From Fimbriosthenelais zetlandica (taxonomy: Eukaryota), in assembly GCA_977030845.1 (NCBI GenBank), contig OZ365118.1, positions 16,554,001-16,618,000 of the forward strand: a stretch of 64,000 bases of DNA, read 5' to 3'. The notes below the pieces were generated by a model. It saw only the letters and a program-made list of their open reading frames with translations, did not search any database and had not been told where the DNA came from. How positions within the stretch are numbered: position 1 is the stretch's first letter; each line of letters begins with the position of its first letter. A program made the position numbers and the translations under genes. Of this stretch, positions 63,585 to 64,000 are shown in pieces.

Positions 63585-63645
63585 TCCTTCCCTCACCCCT
63601 TCCCTCACCCCTTCCCTCACCCCTTCCCTCACCCCTTCCCTCATT
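63585..63645. repeat. 12-bp tandem repeat (TCACCCCTTCCC)n, ~5 copies
   Basis: Direct inspection of the sequence. Confidence 0.85.
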
Positions 63646-64000
63646 TACTCATTCCCTGTCTCCCCATATCCCTCCTCACTCCCTGTATCCCCCTCCTCTC
63701 CCCCTCACCCATCTCTGCTATCCATCCATTCCTCTTGGACCCATTGTCTGCCACTCTTGAGTAAACGCCATGCTCCACTGCTCCTTAAAGTTCAAGAAAA
63801 TGGGTTCACACAGAAGATGTTTAGGTGCATTATTAGATCAACCAGTCAATGCTTCTATGTGTAGGCTATATTCATACATGCGTATATGATTATATGTAGG
63901 CCTTAGAGATTTAGTCTGGCTCTTATAGGCATTTGACACACTTCATTTATAGGAATATATTAATATATATCCATACCTAATGCAATGTATTGAAATATTT

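Overview
AT-rich animal genomic DNA, probably a marine invertebrate (taxon not determinable here), with large introns; it is not prokaryotic. Two protein-coding genes are supported and they are head-to-head. (1) Minus strand: first coding exon (8874-9429) of a secreted FGF-family ligand. It encodes a hydrophobic signal/anchor, a Ser-rich pro-region and the first FGF core strands, and ends at the canonical phase-1 intron. Its later exons were not found and probably lie left of the window. (2) Plus strand: exons 1 (14203-14415) and 2 (28751-28907) of a MICU2/MICU3-type mitochondrial calcium-uptake protein, behind a compact ETS/NRF-1/YY1 promoter. No later MICU exon was confidently found, so 28908-64000 is probably one very large intron. 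The layout mirrors the vertebrate FGF9-MICU2 and FGF20-MICU3 pairs. The short intergenic spacer holds two nested non-autonomous DNA transposons, each with a 5-bp target-site duplication. The large intron holds a 30-bp minisatellite, small MITEs, enhancer-like motif clusters and 11 exact copies of an unexplained interrupted palindrome, GAGCWGCTC, confined to 29.4-54.5 kb. Most entries in the ORF track are low-complexity artefacts. All homology calls come from recalled family sequences, not database searches.
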